Below are positions 1-10,261 of a stretch of 64,000 nucleotides of DNA, one piece after another. Source of the stretch: Spirulina sp. (GTDB lineage Bacteria > Cyanobacteriota > Cyanobacteriia > Phormidesmidales > Phormidesmidaceae); the NCBI GenBank assembly GCA_044070495.1, contig JBIPSI010000026.1, forward strand, positions 12,416 to 76,415, in the 5' to 3' direction. Below the pieces are notes generated by a model. That model was not told the origin of the DNA. It saw nothing but the letters and a program-made list of their open reading frames with translations, and made no database searches. The translations under genes and the position numbers were made by a program. Numbering within the stretch: position 1 is the stretch's first letter; every line of letters begins with the position of its first letter.

Positions 1-1
1 C

Positions 2-1831
2 CGGATCAGCCACCAGCGGGCCATGGAAAAACTGACGGCCCTAGCCCCCACCAATGCCGATTATTTCTTCGCCCTAGGGGCAGACTGCATGGTCAATATC
101 CATCCGCTGCTGGCGCTGCAATCCTTCCGCCAGGGGGTGGCCCTCAACCCCAACCACGAAATCGCCGCAGAGGCCCAGCGCATCATCACCTCCCTAGAGC
201 CGATGATGGAAGAGGCGCTAACCGAGATGGGCTTGACCGAAGCGGACGATCTGGAGATCGCGGTGCTACACGAACGCAGCCAAGCCTGTGTGGAACGGGG
301 CGACTACGAGGATGCGCGGATGGCTGCCCTAGCGGTGCTGGAGCGACAGCCCAACTTTCTGCCTGCTCAAAATAACCTGTCCCTCACGTTTTGGGCCGAG
401 GGGGATGTGGACTCGGCCATCGCCCAAGCCCAAGGCGTGATTGATCAGCAGCCGGATAATATCCACGCCCTGGCCAACCTCGTGCGGTTCTACACCCTAA
501 CCCAGCGCCCCGACCAAGCCCGACCCTACGCGGATCGGATGCGAGTTAGCCATGCCGCCGCCTGGGATGGCTGGACTAAGAAAGCCGAAGCCCTGACCCT
601 ACTCGCCGACGATGAAAGCCTAGTAGCGCTATTTGAGGACTTTTTGGCCCAGGGGGGCGACAATCTGGACGAGACTCCAGCGGTGGACAGTGATGAGGCT
701 AACCCTGAACAGGAGCCTGACGAGGCTCCCATGCCTCGCCCCAGCCTGATGTTTTATCACTGGGTGGCGGTGGCCCTAGCCCGCACCGGGAAAGATAACC
801 AAGCGAAAGCCCTGTGGAAAAAGATTTTGACCCACGATCCTAATCTGGAACTGGCCAAGACCAACCTGGCGGATCTGCGTCGGCCCGTGGGTCAGCGCCA
901 TGGGGCTTGGCCGATCTCCTGGGAACAATGGCTGCTTCCGCCCACTCTGAATGCATTTCGGCAGGTCATTGCTCCGGCGCGGCAGGCCCGTCAGGGGCAA
1001 CGTTTGATCTCCGGGTTAGAGCAGTTTCTAGACCACCATCCCAACTTTGTGGCCATGCTGCCGCGCATTGCCGAACGGGGTGGGCCAGTGGGCCAACAGT
1101 TTCTCGTGCTCACCGCCGAGCAGGTGAAACATCCCGGTCTATTGGCGGTACTCAAGGATTTTGCCCTGGGCCAAAACGGCTCCGACGAACTGCGCTACAA
1201 AGCCGCCACGTTGGTCGCCCAGGCAAGGCTAATCGACAAAGCCAACGTCACCCTGTGGCTCAAGGGGGCCTGGACAACCACCACCCTGATCGCCTTTGAA
1301 ATCCACGATGAAAAGCTCTATAACCACAGCAAGCGGGTGGAACGGTGGCTAGGGCAGGCTGTTTCTCTGATGCGACAACGAACCCCAGCGGCGGCCCAAC
1401 AGGCCGAAGACCTGCTGCAAAAAGCCATTGCCGCCGAGCCAGAGGCTCCCGATTTGCTCAATAACCTCGCCGCCGCCTACGAATTGCGAGGGCGTCATCA
1501 GGAGTCCAACGCCTTGATTGACCAAATTCACCAGCGTTTCCCTGACTATGTGATGGCCGCCATGGCTAAGGCCAAACGACACATGGAGGAGGGCGACCTT
1601 GATGCAGCGGAGGCTATTTTGAATAGCTTTATGGCCCAGGATCGCTTCCATCTCGGTGAATTCAGCGCCTTTTGTGACACCCAGATCGATCTGCTACTGG
1701 CCAAAAACAGGCCCGATGGAGCCCGCCAATGGCTGAACATCTGGGAGCAAACCGATCCCGATAGCCCCCGCCTAACGATGGCTCAGCTCAAGCTAGAAGC
1801 CTACTCCGCCAAGCCCAGGTTAGAGCTGTAG
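2..1831 (+). CDS. Tetratricopeptide-repeat protein (probably 5'-partial)
   Basis: Multiple TPR-like helical motifs (AQNNLSLTFW, LLNNLAAAYE). The frame is open from the window start, upstream of ATG 23. Confidence 0.75.
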   Translation, partial: RISHQRAMEKLTALAPTNADYFFALGADCMVNIHPLLALQSFRQGVALNPNHEIAAEAQRIITSLEPMMEEALTEMGLTEADDLEIAVLHERSQACVERGDYEDARMAALAVLERQPNFLPAQNNLSLTFWAEGDVDSAIAQAQGVIDQQPDNIHALANLVRFYTLTQRPDQARPYADRMRVSHAAAWDGWTKKAEALTLLADDESLVALFEDFLAQGGDNLDETPAVDSDEANPEQEPDEAPMPRPSLMFYHWVAVALARTGKDNQAKALWKKILTHDPNLELAKTNLADLRRPVGQRHGAWPISWEQWLLPPTLNAFRQVIAPARQARQGQRLISGLEQFLDHHPNFVAMLPRIAERGGPVGQQFLVLTAEQVKHPGLLAVLKDFALGQNGSDELRYKAATLVAQARLIDKANVTLWLKGAWTTTTLIAFEIHDEKLYNHSKRVERWLGQAVSLMRQRTPAAAQQAEDLLQKAIAAEPEAPDLLNNLAAAYELRGRHQESNALIDQIHQRFPDYVMAAMAKAKRHMEEGDLDAAEAILNSFMAQDRFHLGEFSAFCDTQIDLLLAKNRPDGARQWLNIWEQTDPDSPRLTMAQLKLEAYSAKPRLEL

Positions 1832-1865
1832 CCCCTAGACTGAGCGGAGCACCTAGACCCCGTCG

Positions 1866-4814
1866 TTACTCGCTGTCGCCGTAGGCTTCCATGCCAATGC
1901 AGGAGCACACCAGGTTGCGATCCCCGTAGGCTTGGTCAATCCGGTTCACGGCAGGCCAGAATTTGGCGTTGCGGCAGAATTCCGTCGGGAATACCGCTTG
2001 CTGACGGCTGTAGGGACGATCCCAGTCAGACACCAGATCCGCCGCCGTGTGGGGGGCGTTTTTCAGCAGGTTATTGTCCCGATCCGATTCCCCGGTTTCG
2101 ATGGCCCGAATCTCCTCACGGATGGCGATCATCGCGTCACAAAACCGATCCAGTTCGGCCTTGGATTCGCTTTCTGTGGGTTCCACCATCAGCGTCCCCG
2201 CCACGGGCCAGGACATGGTGGGGGGATGGAAGCCGTAGTCAATCAGGCGCTTAGCTACGTCCTCCACGCCAATGTCGGCGGACTTTTTGAAGGGGCGCAC
2301 ATCCAGAATGCACTCGTGGGCAACGCGACCATTCTGCCCCGTATAGAGAATGTCGTAGTGGCCCTCTAGGCGCTTGGCGATGTAGTTGGCGTTGAGGATG
2401 GCGACCTCGGTAGCCCGTTTCAGGCCCAGCGGCCCCATCATGGCAATGTACATCCAAGAAATCGGCAAAATGCTAGCGCTGCCCCAGGGCGCAGAGGTCA
2501 CCGCCCCAATCCCCTGTTCACCGCCGACCCCATGCACCAGGCTATGTCCCGGCAGATAGGGCACTAGGTGGGCCTTGACCCCAATCGGGCCAACCCCTGG
2601 GCCACCGCCGCCGTGGGGGATACAGAAGGTTTTGTGCAGGTTGAGGTGGCACACATCCGCGCCAAAATCCGCCGGACGGCAGAGGCCCACCTGGGCGTTC
2701 ATATTGGCCCCATCCATATAGACTTGGCCACCGTGGCTGTGGATAATCTCGCAAATGCGGGCAATTTCCGCCTCAAATACGCCGTGGGTGGAGGGATAGG
2801 TCACCATCAGCGCCGCTAGGTTATCGCTGTGCTTCGTTGCTTTGGCCTCCAGGTCGGCGACATCGATGTTGCCCTCCTCATCGCAGGCCACAGGCACAAC
2901 CTTCATCCCCGCCATCACCGCACTGGCCGGGTTGGTGCCGTGGGCCGATTGGGGAATCAAACACACATTCCGGTGGGTATCCCCCCGCTGTTGGTGGTAT
3001 TCGCGAATCACCAGCAGTCCGGTGTATTCGCCCTGCGCTCCGGCGTTGGGTTGCAGAGACACGCCATCAAATCCGGTGATCTCCGACAGCCAGGTTTCCA
3101 AATCCGTGAACAACTGCCGATAGCCCTGGGCCTGTTCCACCGGGGCAAAGGGATGAATTTGGCCAAAATCTGGCCAGGTAACGGGGATCATCTCCGCCGT
3201 GGCGTTCAACTTCATGGTGCAAGACCCTAAGGGAATCATCGCCGTCGCCAGGGAGAGATCCTTGGCTTGCAGACGATGCAGGTACCGCAGCATCTCGGTT
3301 TCGCTGTGGTAGCGGTTGAAGGTGGGGTGGGTGAGGTAGGGGCTGGTGCGGGAGTGGGGGGTGGGGAGTGGGGTGGTGGGGTGGTGGGGGGGTGGGGGGG
3401 TGGGGTGGGTTCCGGTAAAGACGGTGATGAGGTCTTGGAGATCCTGATCGGTGACGGTTTCATCGAGGGCGATGATTAGGGTTTCGCTATCCACCCCACG
3501 CAGGTTGATGCGGTGGGCGGTGGCGCGTTGCAGAATGGCGGCTTGGTGAGAGCCAACGGTGACGCGCAGGGTGTCGAAATAGGGTTCGTGGCCGAGGGTG
3601 AATCCGGCTGCGGTCAGGGCTTGGGCTAGGGTTTGGGTTTGCTGATGGATGCGGTGGGCGATGGCCTTCAGTCCCTCCGGCCCGTGGTAGACCGCATACA
3701 TACTGGCCATGATCGCTAGCAAGACCTGGGCGGTGCAGATGTTGCTGGTGGCGGCATCGCGGCGGATGTGTTGCTCGCGGGTTTGCAGGGCGAGGCGCAG
3801 GGCCGGGGCACCGTAGCTGTCTTTAGAAACGCCCACCAAACGACCGGGCAGCTTGCGGGCAAAGGTATTGCGGGTGGCAAAAAAGGCAGCATGGGGGCCA
3901 CCATAGCCCAGGGGCACACCAAAACGCTGGCTGTTGCCGACCACAATATCCGCCCCAAATTCCCCAGGGGGACGCAGTAGGGTGAGGCTGAGCAGGTCGG
4001 CGGCGACGGTGGCTAGGGCATTGACGCCGTGGGCCTGGGCGATGAATGCTTCGTAGTCGTAGATGGCCCCATCGGTGGCGGGGTATTGCAGCAGTACGCC
4101 AAAGACGGGGGTGGCAAAGTCGAAGGTTCGATGATCCCCAACGACCACATCAATGCCCAAGGGAATGGCGCGGGTTCTCACCACATCAATGGTTTGGGGG
4201 TGGCATGCTTCGGATACCCAGAAGGTCGTCGCGTCCTTTTTCTTACGGGCGTTAAAGGCCAGGGTCATCGCTTCCGCCGCCGCCGTGCCCTCATCCAGCA
4301 GGGAGGCATTGGCGATTTCCATCCCGGTCAAGTCGGTGATCAGGGTTTGGTAGTTCAGCAGCGCCTCTAGGCGACCCTGGGAAATCTCCGGCTGGTAGGG
4401 GGTGTATTGGGTATACCAACCGGGATTTTCGAGCACGTTGCGCTGAATGATGCCGGGGGTGAGGGTGTTGGCATAGCCCAGGCCCAGGTACGACCGCCAC
4501 ACCTGGTTCTGGCTGGACAGGGTTTTCAGTTTGGCCAAGGCCGCTGCCTCATCCAAGCCCTTGGGCAAATCGAGATCCTGCTGAAGCCGAATCGCCGCCG
4601 GAACCGTCGCTTCAATCAATTCCTCCAGGGAGCCGTAGCCCAAGGCCGCCAGCATCGTCGCCTGTTCCGCCGCCGTTGACCCCAGGTGCCGCGCCACAAA
4701 GGGGCTGAGGGGTTTCTCCAGGCTAGGCATGGCTTGACCATTCGTCGCCTTGGCCCAATCAGTTGGAACAGATAAAGGAGAAACGGTGCTCGGTTCAGAG
4801 AAGGCTTGCGTCAT
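1866..4814 (-). CDS. gcvP: Glycine dehydrogenase (decarboxylating), glycine cleavage P protein
   Basis: 982 aa with [32 protein letters not shown] and the PLP-lysine motif HLNLHKTF. Confidence 0.98.
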   Translation of the reverse strand: MTQAFSEPSTVSPLSVPTDWAKATNGQAMPSLEKPLSPFVARHLGSTAAEQATMLAALGYGSLEELIEATVPAAIRLQQDLDLPKGLDEAAALAKLKTLSSQNQVWRSYLGLGYANTLTPGIIQRNVLENPGWYTQYTPYQPEISQGRLEALLNYQTLITDLTGMEIANASLLDEGTAAAEAMTLAFNARKKKDATTFWVSEACHPQTIDVVRTRAIPLGIDVVVGDHRTFDFATPVFGVLLQYPATDGAIYDYEAFIAQAHGVNALATVAADLLSLTLLRPPGEFGADIVVGNSQRFGVPLGYGGPHAAFFATRNTFARKLPGRLVGVSKDSYGAPALRLALQTREQHIRRDAATSNICTAQVLLAIMASMYAVYHGPEGLKAIAHRIHQQTQTLAQALTAAGFTLGHEPYFDTLRVTVGSHQAAILQRATAHRINLRGVDSETLIIALDETVTDQDLQDLITVFTGTHPTPPPPHHPTTPLPTPHSRTSPYLTHPTFNRYHSETEMLRYLHRLQAKDLSLATAMIPLGSCTMKLNATAEMIPVTWPDFGQIHPFAPVEQAQGYRQLFTDLETWLSEITGFDGVSLQPNAGAQGEYTGLLVIREYHQQRGDTHRNVCLIPQSAHGTNPASAVMAGMKVVPVACDEEGNIDVADLEAKATKHSDNLAALMVTYPSTHGVFEAEIARICEIIHSHGGQVYMDGANMNAQVGLCRPADFGADVCHLNLHKTFCIPHGGGGPGVGPIGVKAHLVPYLPGHSLVHGVGGEQGIGAVTSAPWGSASILPISWMYIAMMGPLGLKRATEVAILNANYIAKRLEGHYDILYTGQNGRVAHECILDVRPFKKSADIGVEDVAKRLIDYGFHPPTMSWPVAGTLMVEPTESESKAELDRFCDAMIAIREEIRAIETGESDRDNNLLKNAPHTAADLVSDWDRPYSRQQAVFPTEFCRNAKFWPAVNRIDQAYGDRNLVCSCIGMEAYGDSE

Positions 4815-5024
4815 ACCCGTTGCGACTCGCTTGTAAATAAACTATCCAGGCTGGAATAGCGCCCATCCTAGCGCCTTTGGCAACCTAGTTGTTTATATTT
4901 TGAAACAAACCCGCCTGTTTTGGAAACGAGCAACCGTTGATAGCGACATTTCGATGGCGATGTTCAGATCAGCAACCAAGGCTACGGCCAGGTTCCATGC
5001 CGCCGATTGAACTGAGTAAACTAA

Positions 5025-5155
5025 GAGGACGTTTGAAAAGCTGAAGCATGTCCCAAGTTATACCGATGAGGTCAGCCTCAGTCGTCAAAAATCCCGTAGA
5101 TTTGCACCGATCTAGCGACCAACCGCACCTGAAGCAACCCTTTTCAAACGCCCTC
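5025..5155. mobile_element. 131-bp MITE with IS5/IS1031-like ends
   Basis: 16-bp TIRs GAGGACGTTTGAAAAG / CTTTTCAAACGCCCTC (one mismatch), flanked by TAA at 5022-5024 and 5156-5158. No transposase ORF. Confidence 0.8.
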
Positions 5156-5404
5156 TAAGCTAGGTTAATTGAATTGACCAACTTGAATGATATCGATTAA
5201 ATCCCTTGGCTAATGCGCTTTAAAATTTTTGGATAGTTTTCCAGTCCCCTAGGACATCGCGCCCAGAAAAAATGTGGGATAAACATGGCAGATTTTTTGA
5301 GTTTTTGAAAACGGCATTTTTAGCTCGTCAAGCTTTTTAGAAGCACCTTAAACTCCAGCAGGACTACGCTGGAGTCTGCTGTCTGACTGCCCTCACAATT
5401 CAAT

Positions 5405-5731
5405 CTAGCGTAACCGCACCGCTGTGCCGCTGGCGGCGACCATCAGCATGGTGCCCCCGTTGTCGATGGAGATAGATTCGTAGTCGATGTCTACGGCGAT
5501 GATGGCATCAGCTCCAAGGGATTGTGCGGCCTGGATCATTTCTTTAATCGCCATTTCACGGGCCTGACGAAGGGATTTTTCGTAGGCCCCAGAACGGCCC
5601 CCAACCACGTCGCGAATGCCTGCAAAAAAGTCTTTGAAAATGTTAGCGCCTAAAATAGCTTCGCCGTTGACGACACCACAGTACTGAATCACCTGACGAC
5701 CGTCAACATTGGGGCCTGTGGTTACAATCAT
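5405..5731 (-). CDS. YbjQ/UPF0145 family protein
   Basis: MIVTT...[33 protein letters not shown] signature. Start trimmed to ATG 5731. Confidence 0.9.
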   Translation of the reverse strand: MIVTTGPNVDGRQVIQYCGVVNGEAILGANIFKDFFAGIRDVVGGRSGAYEKSLRQAREMAIKEMIQAAQSLGADAIIAVDIDYESISIDNGGTMLMVAASGTAVRLR

Positions 5732-5845
5732 ACTACCTACTCTCCTGTAAATCTTAGTTCGTGGGCGGCGAACCTTGCCTAGATCCAATATAGCCTCTGG
5801 GGTTGGCTTGATAGAGTTGGCTTGGCCGATGGGAACAATGCTGCC

Positions 5846-6211
5846 CTAAATCCACTCGAGTTCTAATGCAGGCATCAGGCGCTGTAGATTCCTGAGGGAT
5901 CGCTTTTGCCAGATAATAGTCTCCGAGCCTTTTAACATTAAGGTCGTTTCAGATTGGGCACGAGCTTTAATGACAAAGCGCGAGAGAATACTAATACCAG
6001 AACTATTGAGAAACTCAAGCTGACCTAGGTTTAATATTAGTTTAGATGGAGCACTATCTAAAGCTGCATTAAGCAGATTGATGACTGACTTAAAGTCTTC
6101 AATACTAGGCAAGCTAAGTGATCCCTCAAAGAATATTGTTGAGGTCGAGGCATCGTAGCGAACGACATATTCTTCGCCATGAATATCCTGAAGGTTCGCT
6201 TGAGTTTCCAT
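5846..6211 (-). CDS. STAS-like anti-anti-sigma protein (Slr1659-like)
   Basis: LNLGQLEFLNSSGISIL phospho-Ser motif and C-terminal WQKRSLRNLQRLMP. Confidence 0.8.
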   Translation of the reverse strand: METQANLQDIHGEEYVVRYDASTSTIFFEGSLSLPSIEDFKSVINLLNAALDSAPSKLILNLGQLEFLNSSGISILSRFVIKARAQSETTLMLKGSETIIWQKRSLRNLQRLMPALELEWI

Positions 6212-6272
6212 ACAATTGCCAATGTCTATTTAACTGAAATTTTCCTGACCTAAGATTGTCTTAAGGGGTGAT

Positions 6273-6863
6273 CTAAATTTGAAGCTGTACTTTCGTAGTC
6301 ACGCTGACCCCCAGGCCCTCAATGGGGCATAACTGCCAGCCTACTTGCGCCGCGTAATCATTAACAATAGTGAGAATGCCGAGGCCAGAACCCTGGGAAT
6401 TCTCATCCTGCGCTTGTTGTTCAATCTGCTGAATATAAAGTTCACTGGGATCACAAGACAGCAGGGTTTGAATAAATTCTCGGAGCTGACCTTCGGTGGT
6501 GGCATCAACCTGATTTTTAGTCAAAAAGACTAGCTTGTCAGGATACAGTTGTAGAGTGAGCATGACAGCCTCCGTGGAGGATGAATTGCTGAATTTCATA
6601 GCATTTTCTAGCAGTTCATTGGCGATAAAGGTAATGATGCCCATGAGTTCAGACTTGGGATCGTTCATGCCAGCCGGATGGCCTTCACCGGGGAAAAAGG
6701 TTGAGAAATAATCTGCCAAAAAATTGGCTGATAGTCGATTGGTGCGCCAGCGCTCTCGCAGGGGGATAGAACTAGGAGAAAAAACAATGCTCAAATACTC
6801 GCGGCTGACGATAGCTTCGTCTTGAAAATCACCAAAGGTTTGAACTGTTAATGTCTGACTCAT
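6273..6863 (-). CDS. Slr1658-like HATPase-fold Ser kinase / anti-sigma factor-like protein
   Basis: N-box ANELLENAMKF and G-box GSGLGILT. Lies between the phosphatase and STAS genes. Confidence 0.75.
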   Translation of the reverse strand: MSQTLTVQTFGDFQDEAIVSREYLSIVFSPSSIPLRERWRTNRLSANFLADYFSTFFPGEGHPAGMNDPKSELMGIITFIANELLENAMKFSNSSSTEAVMLTLQLYPDKLVFLTKNQVDATTEGQLREFIQTLLSCDPSELYIQQIEQQAQDENSQGSGLGILTIVNDYAAQVGWQLCPIEGLGVSVTTKVQLQI

Positions 6864-6882
6864 ACGCGGTTCCACAAGTTTA

Positions 6883-9018
6883 TTATTTTTGCTTAAGCAC
6901 AACTAGCGTAAGGTCATCACGCAGGGCTTGGTCTCCAATGTACTGGTGAACATCGGCAATGACGGCTTTCCGAATGTCGCTGGAAGATTGTTTGAGATGA
7001 TCTTTAACAATCTTTAATAGCCGCTCTATTCCATACTGCTGCTTGTGAATATTGATAGCCTCCGTAATACCATCGGTGTATAGGACTACAATATCACCGG
7101 GAGCTAGGTGAATCTGCATTGAATGAATGAAAGGCTGAATATTCTCCTCCAAGGCTAGGGGAAAGCCTAGATCAAAGGTATCAATCTGCTCAATTTCGCC
7201 ATTGGATCGCACGACAATCACATCTTCATGTTGTCCGCTTAACCGTAGCTTGCCGTCTGCATAATCCAGCAGCATCAGGGTTAGGTTTTTGGCAGACTTC
7301 ATCCGTTGGATATTGTCATGAAGGGTACGGTTCAAGGTGTCAAAAAACTTAACCGGATCGGATTCATCATGGGTTTGCAGGGTACGGACGGCGGTTTGGG
7401 TCATCAGCATCACTAGGCCACTCTCCAGCCCGTGCCCTGTTACGTCGCCGATACCAATTTTGATTTTGCCGTTGTGACGTAGCACATCGTAGTAGTCGCC
7501 CCCAACTTCATCGGCGGGCTGCATAAATCCGGCAATGTCGAGTTCACTAATTTGGGCCAGTTCCTTCTCCCGTGGCAAAATCATTTTCTGAATTTGTTTA
7601 GCCACCGCGAGTTCTGCCCCCATACGCAGATTTTCAGATTGCAACTGCTGGTTAAGGGCAATAATTTTATCGTTGGCCGCCTGAAGCTCTCCCGTGCGTT
7701 CTTCTACGCGCTGCTCCAGTTCTTTATTGGCAGTTTCTAGGGCCGTAAACGCTTGCCGAAGCTGTTGGGCCATTCGGTTAAAAGACTGAGCTAAGCCATC
7801 GAGTTCACCGATATTTTGATGATCAATGTGCTGATCAAGCTGACCATCGGCAATGGCTTGGGAGGCTTGGTTAATCTGTAAAATGGGTTTTGAAATGCGA
7901 TGGGCTGTGAATAGTCCTAGGGCCGTTGCTAAACCCAAAGCACCCAAGCTTAGCAAAATCGTATTGCGGGTATTAGCATTAATTTGAGCCATGAAGTCGC
8001 TTTCGGGCACCGCCACCACGATTAACCAATCCAGCCCTCGCTGATCTTGAAAGGGCGCAACTTGTACAAACTCTCGCTGGCCATCCACCACAAAACTAAG
8101 CTGCTGTACCGATTGAATGTCGTCGAGATCGCCAAAGTAATCCAACAGAAATCGGGCGGTGTTGCGGACTAATGGATTTTGGCTTTCGGTGGCGGCAATG
8201 CGTTCCGTGGCTTCTCCTTCTCCGCGAAGCAGCGCTTCTTCTTGGGCCGTGGAACTAGAGACTAGCAGCCCCGAACGCTCGATCACAAAGGTTTCGCCCG
8301 ACTCCCCTACCTGCAACCGACCGAGAAATTGATCCATCTCAACAGAGAGCAGAAAATCTGTAGCACAGACACCTTTTAACACGCCCGTAGCATCATAAAT
8401 GGGCTGACTAGCGGTGATCACGGGAACTAGGGCATCAAAATCAAGATAAATATCGCTCCAGGTAGCGGTTTTAGCGACCTTTGCCGCTTCGTACCAAGGA
8501 CGTAATCGGGGATCGTAGGGCTTTTGGCCAATTTCGTGAATAGGGCCAATGTTGCCTTCTTCGTCCAATCGCTGATAATGCATCAGATAGTTTGTCGCTG
8601 GACTGCTGTGCTGCAACTGCAAGGCTAGGGTAGCATCGTTAGCGCGACCCACGCTTAAAAATGTGCCATCGACCTCGCCACCGCAATAGACTAAATTGGT
8701 GGTAGGAAAGGTCTTAGACTGCTGCCAGAAGGGATAGGAATCTTCAAGCTGCGTGAGAATAATTTCGCCACGGCCAAAGGAGGCGGAATTGATTTGGTTA
8801 ATGAGAAAGGGAACCTCAATATAGTCTCTGAGTTGTTGTTCAATGCGGGCCGTTAGCTCATTTCGGAGTTGAGCCGCGACATCATTGACGGCACGGTTGC
8901 CATTGCGAAAGGAAAGATACCCCACCAGGCCAACCGCACCCACAATTTGCAGCACGAAGGGAATAATAAGCAGCAATCTAAGGGAAATACTGCGGCTTGA
9001 CTGGCGTTTTTGCGACAT
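6883..9018 (-). CDS. Membrane sensor phosphatase (Cache-HAMP-SpoIIE/PP2C)
   Basis: Two TM segments, a Cache-like region (YDPRLRPWY), a HAMP (ELDGLAQSFNRMA), and PP2C motifs VGGDYYD, GDVTGHG, LYTDGITEA, DDLTLVV. Confidence 0.92.
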   Translation of the reverse strand: MSQKRQSSRSISLRLLLIIPFVLQIVGAVGLVGYLSFRNGNRAVNDVAAQLRNELTARIEQQLRDYIEVPFLINQINSASFGRGEIILTQLEDSYPFWQQSKTFPTTNLVYCGGEVDGTFLSVGRANDATLALQLQHSSPATNYLMHYQRLDEEGNIGPIHEIGQKPYDPRLRPWYEAAKVAKTATWSDIYLDFDALVPVITASQPIYDATGVLKGVCATDFLLSVEMDQFLGRLQVGESGETFVIERSGLLVSSSTAQEEALLRGEGEATERIAATESQNPLVRNTARFLLDYFGDLDDIQSVQQLSFVVDGQREFVQVAPFQDQRGLDWLIVVAVPESDFMAQINANTRNTILLSLGALGLATALGLFTAHRISKPILQINQASQAIADGQLDQHIDHQNIGELDGLAQSFNRMAQQLRQAFTALETANKELEQRVEERTGELQAANDKIIALNQQLQSENLRMGAELAVAKQIQKMILPREKELAQISELDIAGFMQPADEVGGDYYDVLRHNGKIKIGIGDVTGHGLESGLVMLMTQTAVRTLQTHDESDPVKFFDTLNRTLHDNIQRMKSAKNLTLMLLDYADGKLRLSGQHEDVIVVRSNGEIEQIDTFDLGFPLALEENIQPFIHSMQIHLAPGDIVVLYTDGITEAINIHKQQYGIERLLKIVKDHLKQSSSDIRKAVIADVHQYIGDQALRDDLTLVVLKQK

Positions 9019-9317
9019 AGAAATGGCGAGGCTGGGGTAAGACTCTCTCAAGGGGGGAGAGATAGGATTCAAGTAAGAAGAATTTTTCTGCCTAGGGCAG
9101 ACTGGGGCGGGTGATCCCTATTTTAGGGCATTTCCCAGACAAACACGACTATTCTACCCTGTGCCCTGGGTCGTGGGGGATCGCTGGGAAGTATGGCCAG
9201 GGGCCGTTTAGAGCCGGGGAAGGGTGCAAGGTTAGAGACTGTCGGTGTATGCTGAAACTATGGCATCAGGCCGACCTAACCTTGTCCTCAAAATTTTCCT
9301 ATTTCCCGACTCAACCT

Positions 9318-10175
9318 ATGACGAACAGCCAGTCGCCGCAGGACTTTGAACGGCAAGTCAGTGCTTTACAGGTTGAGAAAGAACAGCTTGAACGTCAACT
9401 CCATGATTTAGAATCGATTATTCAAATTATGGCGGATCATGGCAGTTTCATTGAGACGGAACTGCAAACGATGAACAAACGGCTACAGCTTGAAATTCGA
9501 GAACGACAACAGGCTGAGGCTCGATTGCAAATGTTGGTGGCGGCCATTTCTCAGCGCAATGTTGACTTGGAAATTATTCTGGATACCCTGCGCGAACATG
9601 GGGATGCTATTCATGATCAATGGCAGGCTAAGGTCAAAGAAGCCAAGCATATGGCCGGGGTGGATAGCTTAACGCAAATTCCTAACCGCCGCCGCTTTGA
9701 CGAGTATCTTAAAAAACAGTGGCAAGTGATGGCCAAACGACAGTTGCCACTGGCATTAATCCTGGCTGATATTGACTATTTCAAGCAATACAACGATACC
9801 TATGGTCACCTTTTAGGGGATAGCTGCTTGACGTATATTGCCCAGGCTCTTCAAGGTAGTATTAACCGTGAGCATGATCTGGTTGCTCGCTATGGCGGTG
9901 AAGAATTTGCCATTATTTTGCCCAACACGAATTTATCGGGCGCAATTACGATTGCCAAGCGCATCCAAACGCAGGTTGGGCAACTTCAATTGCCCCATGC
10001 TAGTTCCTTGGTTAGCCACTACATTACCCTGAGTATGGGTGTGGTGAGCCTAATTCCGAGGAGGGATCAATTGTCCCAGGATTTAATTGCCGCTACGGAT
10101 CAATTGCTCTATCGGGCTAAGCAAGCGGGCCGTAATCAAATGGCCTACGACGATGAGGTCATTATTGATATCTGA
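9318..10175 (+). CDS. Coiled-coil diguanylate cyclase
   Basis: DSLTQIPNRR, DIDYFKQYND, I-site REHD and active site GGEEF. Start trimmed to ATG 9318. Confidence 0.92.
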   Translation: MTNSQSPQDFERQVSALQVEKEQLERQLHDLESIIQIMADHGSFIETELQTMNKRLQLEIRERQQAEARLQMLVAAISQRNVDLEIILDTLREHGDAIHDQWQAKVKEAKHMAGVDSLTQIPNRRRFDEYLKKQWQVMAKRQLPLALILADIDYFKQYNDTYGHLLGDSCLTYIAQALQGSINREHDLVARYGGEEFAIILPNTNLSGAITIAKRIQTQVGQLQLPHASSLVSHYITLSMGVVSLIPRRDQLSQDLIAATDQLLYRAKQAGRNQMAYDDEVIIDI

Positions 10176-10261
10176 TCCACACAAGGATGGGATATTAGGG
10201 CGATCATGCCCAAGTAGAAAACCCATAGAGAATCCCTAGACTACCCCTCAATCCTCCTCCG

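Noticed and set aside
4815..5020. Glycine riboswitch upstream of gcvP
   Set aside because: No GGAGA...GAAG...CUCAGG aptamer motifs on the minus strand.
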